Assembly (NCBI RefSeq): GCF_000011805.1
Contig: NC_006840.2
Length of the DNA stretch: 32,000 nucleotides
Direction: 5' to 3' (one strand)
Source of the DNA: Aliivibrio fischeri ES114
Lineage (GTDB): Bacteria; Pseudomonadota; Gammaproteobacteria; Enterobacterales; Vibrionaceae
Shown here: piece after piece, positions 19,124 to 27,360 of the stretch
How positions within the stretch are numbered: position 1 is the stretch's first letter
Layout: every line of letters begins with the position of its first letter
Made by a program: the position numbers and the translations under genes
Notes under the pieces: model-generated
Told to the model about the DNA's origin: nothing
The model's input: only the letters and a program-made list of their open reading frames with translations
Database searches by the model: none

Positions 19124-20221
19124 ATGAGTATCGACCACCAATCATCTTCTTCGAAGCAAGTAACTAGAAATCAAAAGATTATTCATATTGATATGGATTG
19201 CTTCTATGCGGCTGTTGAAATGCGAGATAATCCCAGTTTACGCAATGTACCTTTGGCGGTTGGGGGGCATGAACGTCAACGAGGTGTACTAAGTACTTGT
19301 AATTATGAAGCTAGGAAGTTTGGTATTCGTTCTGCTATGCCAACAGGTAAAGCATTAAAATTATGCCCAAATCTCGTTGTTGTACCGGGCCGAATGCAGG
19401 TCTATAAAGAAGTATCTCACCATATTCATCGTATATTTCGACGATATACCGATAAAATTGAACCCCTCTCATTAGATGAAGCGTATTTAGATGTTAGTGA
19501 TTGCTCACTTTTACACGGTTCTGCAACATTAATTGCAGAGCAAATCAGAAAAGATATATTTAATGAGCTTCAGCTTACCGCTTCTGCTGGAATCGCCCCA
19601 CTTAAATTCTTAGCTAAAATTGCATCAGATCTTAATAAACCAAATGGACAGTATGTTATTACCCCTGATTCCATGATGAATGAAATTAAGGGGTTACCTC
19701 TAGAGAAAATTCCTGGAGTAGGAAAAGTGAGTTTGGAGCGTCTTCATCAATTTGGGCTGTATACTTGTGAAGATATACAAAAGAGTGATCAAAGAGATTT
19801 ATTACTGAAATTTGGGAAGATGGGAGCGTCATTATGGAAAAGATCTCATGGTATTGATGAAAGAGAGGTTGTCACTGAACGAAACCGAAAATCTGTGGGA
19901 GTAGAGCGGACATTTACACATAATATCAGTAGTTTTAATGAATGCTGGGATGTTATCGAAAATAGGTTATTTCCTGAGTTAGAAAAAAGGTTATTAAAAG
20001 CGAATGGTTCAACTTTTATTGCCAAGCAAGGGATTAAAATTAAGTTTGCTGACTTTCAACAAACGACAATTGAACATGTACATCATAACTTAACGCTACC
20101 ATTTTTTAAGGAGCTGTTAGAAGAGGTGTTAGAAAGGCAAAAGGGAAGAGAGATTCGTTTAATTGGATTAAGTGTTACGCTCAAAGAGAAAGAGTATTTT
20201 CAACAATTACAACTCATTTAA
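19124..20221 (+). CDS. dinB: DNA polymerase IV (Y-family translesion polymerase)
   Basis: The sequence KIIHIDMDCFYAAVEMRDNPSLRNVPLAVGG...SLDEAYLDV...ASAGIAPLKFLAKIASD is colinear with E. coli DinB. The start is set at ATG 19124 because the longer ORF-track model would translate through the promoter and LexA box. Confidence 0.9.
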   Translation: MSIDHQSSSSKQVTRNQKIIHIDMDCFYAAVEMRDNPSLRNVPLAVGGHERQRGVLSTCNYEARKFGIRSAMPTGKALKLCPNLVVVPGRMQVYKEVSHHIHRIFRRYTDKIEPLSLDEAYLDVSDCSLLHGSATLIAEQIRKDIFNELQLTASAGIAPLKFLAKIASDLNKPNGQYVITPDSMMNEIKGLPLEKIPGVGKVSLERLHQFGLYTCEDIQKSDQRDLLLKFGKMGASLWKRSHGIDEREVVTERNRKSVGVERTFTHNISSFNECWDVIENRLFPELEKRLLKANGSTFIAKQGIKIKFADFQQTTIEHVHHNLTLPFFKELLEEVLERQKGREIRLIGLSVTLKEKEYFQQLQLI

Positions 20222-20410
20222 TGATGAATAATATAATTTAGCGCTTCAATATTGAGATTTTAGTATAAATTTCATTTAAATTTATTGATTTTTGATTAAA
20301 GATAAAACAGTTGATTCTTATTTGCACTGTTTCTGTAGAGGTTAAAAAAACGACGATATATAATTCCCTTTCGAGTTTTCGAAATAATTATTATATAAAA
20401 ACGGTTGTTT

Positions 20411-21622
20411 ATGAAGTTTACTAAATGTGCATTAGCGTTAAGTTTGGCATTACCAAGTATCGCTAATTCAGCTCCACTTCTTTCTTTAGATACATTAACA
20501 AATCAAGAAAAAATTCAACAAACTAACGCATGGTTAGAGATCGATACCCAAGCTTTCCAAAATAATATTGATACTTTAAGAGCATCATTAGAGCAAGACA
20601 CAAAAGTGTGCGCCATAATGAAAGCGGATGCTTATGGTAATGGTATTGAAGGTTTAATGGCCTCAGTTATTGAGCGCAATGTTGAATGTATTGGTATCAC
20701 AAGTAATGAAGAAGCTCGTATTGTGCGTGCTAAAGGTTTTGTCGGCGAACTAATGCGCGTTCGTGCGGCATCACCGAATGAAATTGAATCTGGTTTACAA
20801 TATAAAATTGAAGAGTTAATTGGTTCGAGTGAACAAGCTAATATTATTGCGAAATTAGCAAAACAGAACAACACGATTATTCCTGTGCATCTGGCTTTGA
20901 ATGCTGGTGGTATGGGTCGCAATGGTTTGGATTTATCACAACCTCAGGGTAAGAAAGAAGCATTAAACATTGCCTTTAATGGGCATGTGAACATTGTTGG
21001 CATTATGACTCACTTCCCAAATGAATCTGTCGATGAAATCCGCACTAAATTAAACCTTTTTAAACAAGAGAGCCAATGGTTAATTGATGAAGCACAATTA
21101 AACCGTGATGATATTACACTGCATGTGGCAAATTCATACACCACAATCAATCTACCTGAAGCGCACTTAGATATGGTTCGTCCTGGTGGTCTTCTTTATG
21201 GTGATATGCCAAATAATCCTGAATACAAACGCATTGTTCAATTCAAAACATCTGTGGCTTCTTTAAACTATTTACCAAAAGGGAGTACTATTGGTTATAG
21301 CAGTACTTATGTGCTAGGGCGTGATTCTATTTTAGCTAATTTACCATTAGGTTATTCTGATGGTTACGTTCGCTCTATTGGTAATAATGGTTACGTACTG
21401 ATTAATGGCCAAAAAGCGAATGTTGTTGGTGTAACATCAATGAATACCACAATGGTAGATATCACTGATATTAAAAATGTGCAGCCTGGAGATGAGGTTG
21501 TATTATTTGGTAAGCAAAATGAATTCACTATTGAAGCAAAAGAAATGGAAGCTTTCAGTAGTCGTAGCATGCCAGAGCTTTATGTTATTTGGGGTTCTAC
21601 AAATCCTAAGATCTACAAATAG
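20411..21622 (+). CDS. Periplasmic PLP-dependent broad-spectrum amino-acid racemase (BsrV/Bar-like, alanine racemase fold)
   Basis: Alanine-racemase-family sequence with the PLP-lysine motif AIMKADAYGNG. It also has a cleavable Sec signal peptide (MKFTKCALALSLALPSIANS-A) and is about 40 aa longer than cytoplasmic Alr/DadX. I prefer the start at ATG 20411. Confidence 0.8.
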   Translation: MKFTKCALALSLALPSIANSAPLLSLDTLTNQEKIQQTNAWLEIDTQAFQNNIDTLRASLEQDTKVCAIMKADAYGNGIEGLMASVIERNVECIGITSNEEARIVRAKGFVGELMRVRAASPNEIESGLQYKIEELIGSSEQANIIAKLAKQNNTIIPVHLALNAGGMGRNGLDLSQPQGKKEALNIAFNGHVNIVGIMTHFPNESVDEIRTKLNLFKQESQWLIDEAQLNRDDITLHVANSYTTINLPEAHLDMVRPGGLLYGDMPNNPEYKRIVQFKTSVASLNYLPKGSTIGYSSTYVLGRDSILANLPLGYSDGYVRSIGNNGYVLINGQKANVVGVTSMNTTMVDITDIKNVQPGDEVVLFGKQNEFTIEAKEMEAFSSRSMPELYVIWGSTNPKIYK

Positions 21623-21686
21623 ACGTCGGGTTGCACCAATTTAAGTAAGAATAATTAGGTACTTATTTAAATTATAATTGCGTAAA

Positions 21687-21720
21687 TAAAAAACGGTCAG
21701 CATGTGCTGACCGTTTATTA
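21687..21720. terminator. Bidirectional terminator shared by the racemase gene (+) and pepD (-)
   Basis: A-run - ACGGTCAGCA/TGCTGACCGT 10-bp palindromic stem - TTTATTATTT, between convergent genes. Confidence 0.8.
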
Positions 21721-21735
21721 TTTAGTTAGATAGCA

Positions 21736-23190
21736 TTATTTTTTAGGAATATTTTCTAAAATAGCCACCATTTGTTCCCAGTATAAAGCAACAGTATCAA
21801 TTTTCACTTTCTCATCAGGAGAGTGAGGGAACTTGATAGTTGGGCCAAATGAAATCATATCCATTTCTGGATAAGGTTTCTTAAATAATCCACACTCAAG
21901 ACCTGCATGAATTACCATGATATTTGGTTTATTGCCGTAGATACCTTCATATACATCACGGAAAACGTGCATTATTTCTGAATCTGCATCAGGCTTCCAA
22001 CCAGGGTAAGTGCCTGAGAAAGTGACTTGAGCGCCAGCTAGCTCAGCGACAGATGAAAGCATACCTTCAACCATGCTACGGCCTGAATCCATTAATGAGC
22101 GGATAAGACATAGAATAGTAATGCTATTTTCGTCAGTAGTGATCACACCAACATTTAATGATGTCTCAACTACACCTTCGATATCATCGCTCATGCGAAT
22201 TACACCGTTTGGACATGCATTTAGTGTCGCAATAAAACGAGATTGAGTGATCTTTGTTAGTACTTGTTCTGCAGATGCTGTTTCGTTAAAGCTAACGATA
22301 TCTGTTTCTACTTTGCCTAATTCATCTTTTAATAGGTTTGTATAGAAAGTAAATAATTCGGCTAACTTAGCTTCATTTTCGGCAGGAACTGCAATAGTAG
22401 CAAAAGCTTCACGTGGAATTGCATTACGTAGACTACCGCCACGGAATTCAACAAGGCGTAAATCAAGCTCTTGTGCGTGACCAGCTAAAAAACGACCTAG
22501 TAGTTTGTTTGCGTTCCCACGGCCAGTATGAATATCACAACCTGAATGACCACCTTTTAAGCCTTTTAGTGTGATTTGTCGAGTGATGTAACCAGAAGGA
22601 AGGGCTTCACGTTCAATGTCTAATTTGATAGCACCATCGGCACCACCAGCACAACCCATGTAAACTTCGCCTTCTTGCTCTGAATCTGTGTTTAAAAGGA
22701 TATCACCTTCTAACCATCCAGCTTCCAGACCAAAAGCTCCTGTCATACCTGCTTCTTCATCGATAGTTAATAATACTTCTAGAGGGCCGTGTTTTAGCTC
22801 TTTTGATGCTAACACTGCAAGACAAGATGCCATACCCATGCCGTTATCAGCACCAAGCGTAGTTCCTTTTGCCGTTACCCACTCACCATCAATGTATGGT
22901 TGAATTGGATCTTTAGTGAAGTCGTGCTCTGTATCTTCATTTTTTTGTGGAACCATATCGATATGAGCTTGTAGAACTACGCCTTTGCGATCTTCCATGC
23001 CTGGTGTTGCTGGCTTTTTAATAAAAACGTTACCAGTAGGATCACGGCGCACATCTAGACCTTCAGTTGTTGCCCATTCAATAATGTATTGGGCCAATGC
23101 TTCTTCATGTTTTGAAGGGTGAGGAATAGAACAGATTTTGTCAAAAAATTGCCAAAGAGGTTGAGGGGTTAGTTGACTGATCTCAGACAC
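21736..23190 (-). CDS. pepD: Aminoacyl-histidine (Xaa-His) dipeptidase PepD, M20 family
   Basis: 484 aa starting (GTG)SEISQLTPQPLWQFFDKICSIPHPSKHEE, with the metal-binding context LQAHIDMV and ...TIDEEAGMTGA. AAGGAG RBS 6 nt upstream. Confidence 0.93.
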   Translation of the reverse strand: MSEISQLTPQPLWQFFDKICSIPHPSKHEEALAQYIIEWATTEGLDVRRDPTGNVFIKKPATPGMEDRKGVVLQAHIDMVPQKNEDTEHDFTKDPIQPYIDGEWVTAKGTTLGADNGMGMASCLAVLASKELKHGPLEVLLTIDEEAGMTGAFGLEAGWLEGDILLNTDSEQEGEVYMGCAGGADGAIKLDIEREALPSGYITRQITLKGLKGGHSGCDIHTGRGNANKLLGRFLAGHAQELDLRLVEFRGGSLRNAIPREAFATIAVPAENEAKLAELFTFYTNLLKDELGKVETDIVSFNETASAEQVLTKITQSRFIATLNACPNGVIRMSDDIEGVVETSLNVGVITTDENSITILCLIRSLMDSGRSMVEGMLSSVAELAGAQVTFSGTYPGWKPDADSEIMHVFRDVYEGIYGNKPNIMVIHAGLECGLFKKPYPEMDMISFGPTIKFPHSPDEKVKIDTVALYWEQMVAILENIPKK

Positions 23191-23362
23191 AAGAATCTCC
23201 TTTATGAAAACGGTTTTTACTTATTAATGCTCTAATTATTTGAGTCATTGTTTGTTAATACAATTCAGTATACCTCTGAATCTAGCGAATTACTCTGTTT
23301 GATATTCTAAATGGAAAAACAATTTAAAATGATGAAATGACAGACGATTAAATGAGCAGTAT

Positions 23363-23378
23363 TCGCAAACGGTTTCGT
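23363..23378. promoter_or_regulatory. PurR-type operator (box 1)
   Basis: TCGCAAACGGTTTCGT matches 13/16 of the palindromic PurR consensus ACGCAAACGTTTGCGT, with the conserved CGCAAAC...TTTCG core. It overlaps the -35 of a candidate plus-strand promoter (TCGTAA 23375-80 / TATAGT 23398-403). Confidence 0.6.
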
Positions 23379-23449
23379 AATAAAATTACACTATTAGTAT
23401 AGTCAATAAGCTATTTTCTGTTTTTTATGTGAGGTTTGTCATGTTTTTG

Positions 23450-23477
23450 TTGTAATTTAATTTCTTAGTGGTATAGT
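23450..23477 (+). promoter_or_regulatory. Strong sigma-70 promoter with extended -10, not attached to any annotated gene
   Basis: TTGTAA (23450-55) - 16 nt - TGgTATAGT (23469-77). Confidence 0.5.
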
Positions 23478-23594
23478 TATCTCATCTGCTGATAAGGCAG
23501 AAAAAAATGCTCATAGGATGAGTCCGATTTATCGCCTCCAAGGAACCGAGATCAATTTAAAATGTTAAAAACTATCAATTGATAAGGTGATGTT

Positions 23595-23681
23595 ATGTCT
23601 TTTTTAAGTTCTTCAAAATTCTGGAATCAACGCTCTGTATACACAAGTCAATTTGTGTACCCAATGTGCTTTGGTTACTAA
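23595..23681 (+). CDS. Candidate 28-aa small ORF (MSFLSSSKFWNQRSVYTSQFVYPMCFGY), function unknown
   Basis: ATG preceded by AAGGTGA with about 5 nt spacing. It is below the ORF-track size cutoff. It lies between the orphan promoter and the orphan terminator. No homology can be asserted from memory. Confidence 0.3.
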   Translation: MSFLSSSKFWNQRSVYTSQFVYPMCFGY

Positions 23682-23759
23682 TAAAACTTCGGTTTTATAC
23701 GTTAAAGTAATACCCCTATAATTGGAATTCTATTCTACCCTTATGGGCAGTTAATTCTC

Positions 23760-23794
23760 CGCCATTCAAAACTATTTTGGATGGCGTTTTTTTT
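23760..23794 (+). terminator. Very strong plus-strand rho-independent terminator with no annotated upstream gene
   Basis: CGCCATTCAAAA - CTA - TTTTGGATGGCG (12-bp stem including one G-U pair) followed by T8. The reverse complement has no T-tract, so it is unidirectional (+). Confidence 0.8.
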
Positions 23795-23976
23795 ATCTAA
23801 AAAATATTAATTACTTCTACACTCTTTTTATTTCTCATTCTAACTAATTGAATCATTAGATTAATTTCATGATCGTAAGATTAGTGCATTCACTTTATTT
23901 ACTGTTTGCTTATTAAAAGGGCAACTATCGCTAGAAATTAGCATAATTCCACTTTATAATTCTCAGCCAATCGATT

Positions 23977-23992
23977 ACGCAAACGTTTAGAT
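23977..23992. promoter_or_regulatory. PurR-type operator (box 2) in the permease-gpt promoter region
   Basis: ACGCAAACGTTTAGAT has a perfect left half-site (ACGCAAAC) and 13/16 matches overall. It lies 17 nt downstream of a TATAAT box (23955-60) and 29 nt before the permease ATG. Confidence 0.65.
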
Positions 23993-24020
23993 TGCATAAA
24001 TTCACTAGGAAATTACTCTA

Positions 24021-25313
24021 ATGCTTGAGAAATTATTTCAACTAAAAGCTAATGGTACGACTGTTCGTACTGAAGTTATAGCTGGTATAACCACGTTTTT
24101 AACCATGGCTTATGTTATTTTCGTTAATCCAGCTATTTTGGCGGATGCGGGAATGGATAAAGGGGCTGTATTTGTCGCGACTTGTATTGCAGCAGCTATT
24201 GGCTGTTTCATTATGGGGTTCGTTGCAAACTTCCCGATAGCTCAAGCTCCAGGTATGGGATTGAATGCCTTTTTTACTTATACCGTTGTTTTAGGTATGG
24301 GTCATACATGGCAAGTCGCTCTTGCTGCAGTATTTATGTCAGGGGTTTTATTTATTCTTCTTAGCTTATTTAAGATTAGAGAATTAATTATTAACTCAAT
24401 TCCTCTTTCACTAAGAACGGGCATTTCTGCTGGTATTGGTTTATTTCTGGCATTTATTGCACTAAAAAATTCAGGGATTGTTGTTGATAACCCAGCGACA
24501 TTGGTTTCAATGGGCCACATTAACAGTTTTCCTGCTGTTATGGGGGCACTCGCTTTCTTTTTAACAATTGCTTTAGTGCATCGTGGCTATAAAGCTGCTG
24601 TTATGATTGCTATTTTGGCTGTAACTGCACTGTCATTGCTTTTTGGTGATGTTCAGTATGCTGGTGTAATGTCAATGCCGCCAAGTATCGCACCTACCTT
24701 TTTACAATTAGACTTTTCTAGTGCGTTTGAACTAAGCATGCTAACCGTTGTATTTGCATTCTTATTCGTCGATTTATTTGATACAGCGGGCACTTTAGTT
24801 GGTGTATCACAGAAAGCGGGGATTATGGACAAAGACGGTAATATCCCTCGTTTAAATAAAGCGCTACTTGCTGATTCAACAGCGACATCAGTTGGTGCTT
24901 TATTGGGTACTTCAAATACGACATCGTATATTGAAAGTGTTGCAGGGGTAGCTGCGGGTGGTCGAACTGGTTTGACGGCTGTTGTTGTTGGTATTCTGTT
25001 CTTACTTGCATTGTTCTTTGCTCCATTAGCGGGTATGGTTCCGGCCTACGCAACGGCTGGAGCTTTGTTCTATGTCGCGATTTTGATGATGTCTGGTCTT
25101 GTTAGCATTGATTGGCGAGATCTTACTGAAGCAGCCCCAGTTGTTGTGGTATGCTTATTAATGCCGTTAACCTTTTCTATTGCGGATGGTATTTCATTAG
25201 GCTTTATTTCTTACGCTGCAATTAAGTTGCTTAGTGGTAAAGGTCGTGAAGTTCACATCAGTGTTTGGGTTCTAGCTGCATTATTCACGCTGAAATTTAT
25301 TTTTACGGCATAG
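24021..25313 (+). CDS. NCS2/AzgA-family purine (adenine/guanine/hypoxanthine) permease
   Basis: 430 aa, colinear with E. coli PurP/AdeP-GhxP paralogues: GTTVRTEVIAGITTFLTMAYVIFVNP, APGMGLNAFF, TSYIESVAGVAAGGRTGLTAVVVG. Substrate preference cannot be read from the sequence. Confidence 0.9.
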   Translation: MLEKLFQLKANGTTVRTEVIAGITTFLTMAYVIFVNPAILADAGMDKGAVFVATCIAAAIGCFIMGFVANFPIAQAPGMGLNAFFTYTVVLGMGHTWQVALAAVFMSGVLFILLSLFKIRELIINSIPLSLRTGISAGIGLFLAFIALKNSGIVVDNPATLVSMGHINSFPAVMGALAFFLTIALVHRGYKAAVMIAILAVTALSLLFGDVQYAGVMSMPPSIAPTFLQLDFSSAFELSMLTVVFAFLFVDLFDTAGTLVGVSQKAGIMDKDGNIPRLNKALLADSTATSVGALLGTSNTTSYIESVAGVAAGGRTGLTAVVVGILFLLALFFAPLAGMVPAYATAGALFYVAILMMSGLVSIDWRDLTEAAPVVVVCLLMPLTFSIADGISLGFISYAAIKLLSGKGREVHISVWVLAALFTLKFIFTA

Positions 25314-25350
25314 TCGTTGATGACTGTGTCACTTAGAGGTTTTGTCAATT

Positions 25351-25809
25351 ATGGCTAATAAATTTGTAATCACTTGGGATAACATGCAGATGTATACTCG
25401 TCAGCTTGCTGAACAGTTACTTCCTGCCGATCAATGGAAAGGTATTTTGGCTGTGAGCCGTGGTGGTTTAGTTCCTGCTGCAATCTTGGCTCGTGAGTTA
25501 AATATTCGTCATGTTGATACAGTATGTATCTCAAGCTATGACCATGATCATCAGCGTGATATGACGGTTGTTAAAGCTATGGAAGGTGACGGTGAAGGTT
25601 TCATCATCATTGATGATCTAGTAGATAGCGGTGATACTGCGGTTAAATTACGTGAAATGTACCCTAAAGGTAAATTAGTAACGGTATGTGCTAAACCTGC
25701 AGGCGTTCATCTAGTAGACGCTTATGTTGTAGATATCCCACAAGATACATGGATTGAACAACCTTGGGATATGGCGGTAACTTACGTCGATCCTATTGCT
25801 AAAAAATAA
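25351..25809 (+). CDS. gpt: Xanthine-guanine phosphoribosyltransferase
   Basis: 152 aa from ATG 25351 ([10 protein letters not shown]...), colinear with E. coli Gpt ([33 protein letters not shown]...[12 protein letters not shown]...[14 protein letters not shown]). The ORF-track TTG at 25342 is too close to the AGAGG RBS. Confidence 0.93.
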   Translation: MANKFVITWDNMQMYTRQLAEQLLPADQWKGILAVSRGGLVPAAILARELNIRHVDTVCISSYDHDHQRDMTVVKAMEGDGEGFIIIDDLVDSGDTAVKLREMYPKGKLVTVCAKPAGVHLVDAYVVDIPQDTWIEQPWDMAVTYVDPIAKK

Positions 25810-25830
25810 TTAGCAAAAAATATTTTAATA

Positions 25831-25860
25831 AAATGACTCTTTTATAGGGTCATTTTTTTT
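25831..25860 (+). terminator. Rho-independent terminator after gpt
   Basis: AAATGACTC - 7-nt loop - GGGTCATTT followed by a T-run. Confidence 0.75.
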
Positions 25861-25953
25861 ATTCAAAACTTAATTTTATTCGCTTCTTCATATTCCTTAT
25901 TCTTCTTTCAGTATATAGTGAGAAGATGAATATGTTGTTGATTGGTGGTAGAT

Positions 25954-27192
25954 ATGCCTCAACCAGAGAGTGAAAACCTTTCAGTTAAATTGTTTAAAAA
26001 CCATAAGCAAGCATTAGAGACGTCAGGCTTGGTTCCTTATCTTCCGAGTAGTTTGGAGCAATTGGAACAAAGTGGGCGTACTTGGTATCGTGAATTACGC
26101 CGACCACAATGGATATGGCAAGGCGTAGATGCAATAGAGCTTGAATCCATATTGGCTCGTATTGCAAATAGTCAAAAGCATCGTTCTCGTGATGAATGGT
26201 TAGATACCGTAAGCGGTTATCATTCTGGAAACTGGGCCTATGAATGGATCCATGCGGGAATGGAACATCAAAAAACGGCTTCGGAACTGGATGGTGATGA
26301 GGCAGCAGAAGCGTATTTTAAAGCTAGTTTGTATTTTAGTGTGGCAGGTTATCCTCATATAAAGGGAGATAATCTAGCAATTCAATCACAAGTGTTAGCT
26401 AGTCAAGCCTATGATATGGCAGCAAAACAAACTTCTCACCGTGTTGAAAAAATACTTGTACCGTATCAGGGAAGAAAAATAACCTGCTATTTGCATTTAC
26501 CAAATACAGAAAAACCATTGCCTGTCGTTATAGTGAGTGGTGGCATGGATTCACTACAAACGGACATGTGGCGTTTGTATCGTGACTTTCTTGCCCCTAA
26601 TAATATGGCGATGTTGACATTAGATATGCCATCAATAGGTCATAGTTCTCACTGGCCATTAAGTGAAGATTCAAGTTGTTTGCATCAAGCTGTATTGAAT
26701 TATCTTCCGAATATTCCGTGGGTAGATCGTTTTCATGCTGCTGTTATGGGGTTTCGATTTGGCGGTAATGTCGCATTGCGTCTTTCTTTTTTAGAGCCAA
26801 GTCGATTAAAAGCATGTGTTGCATTGGGTGCTCCTGTACATCAAATTCTGACCAATTCAGCAAGATTAAAAACCATGCCTAAAATGTATCTTGACGTGTT
26901 AGCTTCAAGGCTGGCTAAGCAAGTTGTTGATATAAATAGCCTTACAAGTCAAATGCAAGCATGGTCGCTAAAAAATCAAGGTTTTTTATCTGGTGGGAGA
27001 AAAACATCAGTTTCCGTTTTAGCTATTGGTCTGAAGGATGATCCTGTTTCACCTAAGTCAGATAATAAATTAGCGGCGCTCTTTAGCAAATATGGCAAAG
27101 GTGTTGAGCTAAATAGTAAGACATTACATAGTGGCTATGAAGAAGCATTAAAGCAGATGATTGAATGGATCAAAGAGGAAATGAAGCAATAG
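25954..27192 (+). CDS. frsA: Fermentation/respiration switch protein FrsA (alpha/beta-hydrolase esterase)
   Basis: Colinear with E. coli FrsA (WIWQGVD, GNWAYEW, AGYPHIKGDNLA, LTLDMPSIGHSS, MGFRFGGNVALRL, MYLDVLASRL). I prefer ATG 25954 (GGTGG RBS) over TTG 25942. Confidence 0.9.
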   Translation: MPQPESENLSVKLFKNHKQALETSGLVPYLPSSLEQLEQSGRTWYRELRRPQWIWQGVDAIELESILARIANSQKHRSRDEWLDTVSGYHSGNWAYEWIHAGMEHQKTASELDGDEAAEAYFKASLYFSVAGYPHIKGDNLAIQSQVLASQAYDMAAKQTSHRVEKILVPYQGRKITCYLHLPNTEKPLPVVIVSGGMDSLQTDMWRLYRDFLAPNNMAMLTLDMPSIGHSSHWPLSEDSSCLHQAVLNYLPNIPWVDRFHAAVMGFRFGGNVALRLSFLEPSRLKACVALGAPVHQILTNSARLKTMPKMYLDVLASRLAKQVVDINSLTSQMQAWSLKNQGFLSGGRKTSVSVLAIGLKDDPVSPKSDNKLAALFSKYGKGVELNSKTLHSGYEEALKQMIEWIKEEMKQ

Positions 27193-27360
27193 TTTCTCTA
27201 TTTATTAATAGAATTAAAGTGAAATGTTATTAAATGCTATTTTAAGCTTGTACTGTTCTGATTTGCTTGCTAAAAGTAGTGTCAGTTTTACCAACAACGT
27301 TACGATGATTATCGTCGTAAAATTTACATCATTTATTTAAGTAAAATAGGTAGTAGGGAA

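Noticed and set aside
20305-20332. AAACAGT-N14-ACTGTTT hairpin after dinB as a terminator or second SOS box
   Set aside because: The stem is AU-rich with a large loop, and no separate T-tract follows it. The orientation (ACAG...CTGT) is the reverse of a LexA box. It is at most a weak terminator.
23470-23540. tRNA-like segment ending ...CGCCTCCA, with a CTGC-TGATAAG-GCAG 7-nt-loop hairpin
   Set aside because: There is no acceptor stem, no D arm and no T-arm (GTTCRANYC-type) sequence. The loop lacks U33, and an A7 run interrupts the fold. It is not a tRNA or tmRNA.
23714-23760. Possible purine riboswitch upstream of the purine permease (contains UAUAAU ... UUCUACC, reminiscent of the J1/2 and J2/3 strands)
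   Set aside because: Only about 10 nt separate the two motifs, where a P2 stem-loop of about 19 nt is required. No P1 or P3 helices with the conserved loop-loop nucleotides can be drawn. The element is also 226 nt from the permease start and followed by its own promoter. The resemblance is probably coincidental. An Infernal scan with RF00167 would settle it.
23484-23794. CsrB-like sponge RNA (several GGA motifs)
   Set aside because: Only about 4 GGA motifs occur in about 310 nt, and they are not presented in repeated hairpin loops. CsrB-family RNAs carry many more.
20632-24520. Antisense or overlapping track ORFs 20632-20922, 22688-22903, 24182-24364, 24302-24520, and also 24823-25053, 27726-27929 and 30669-30854
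   Set aside because: They are embedded in the racemase, pepD, permease, proB and lipA coding regions, with no supporting signals.
27300-27320. Inverted repeat TTACGA-N9-TCGTAA (with inner ACGAT/ATCGT) upstream of proB
   Set aside because: The stem is short and has no T-tract, so it is not an frsA terminator. No regulator motif is known to me. It is within chance expectation.
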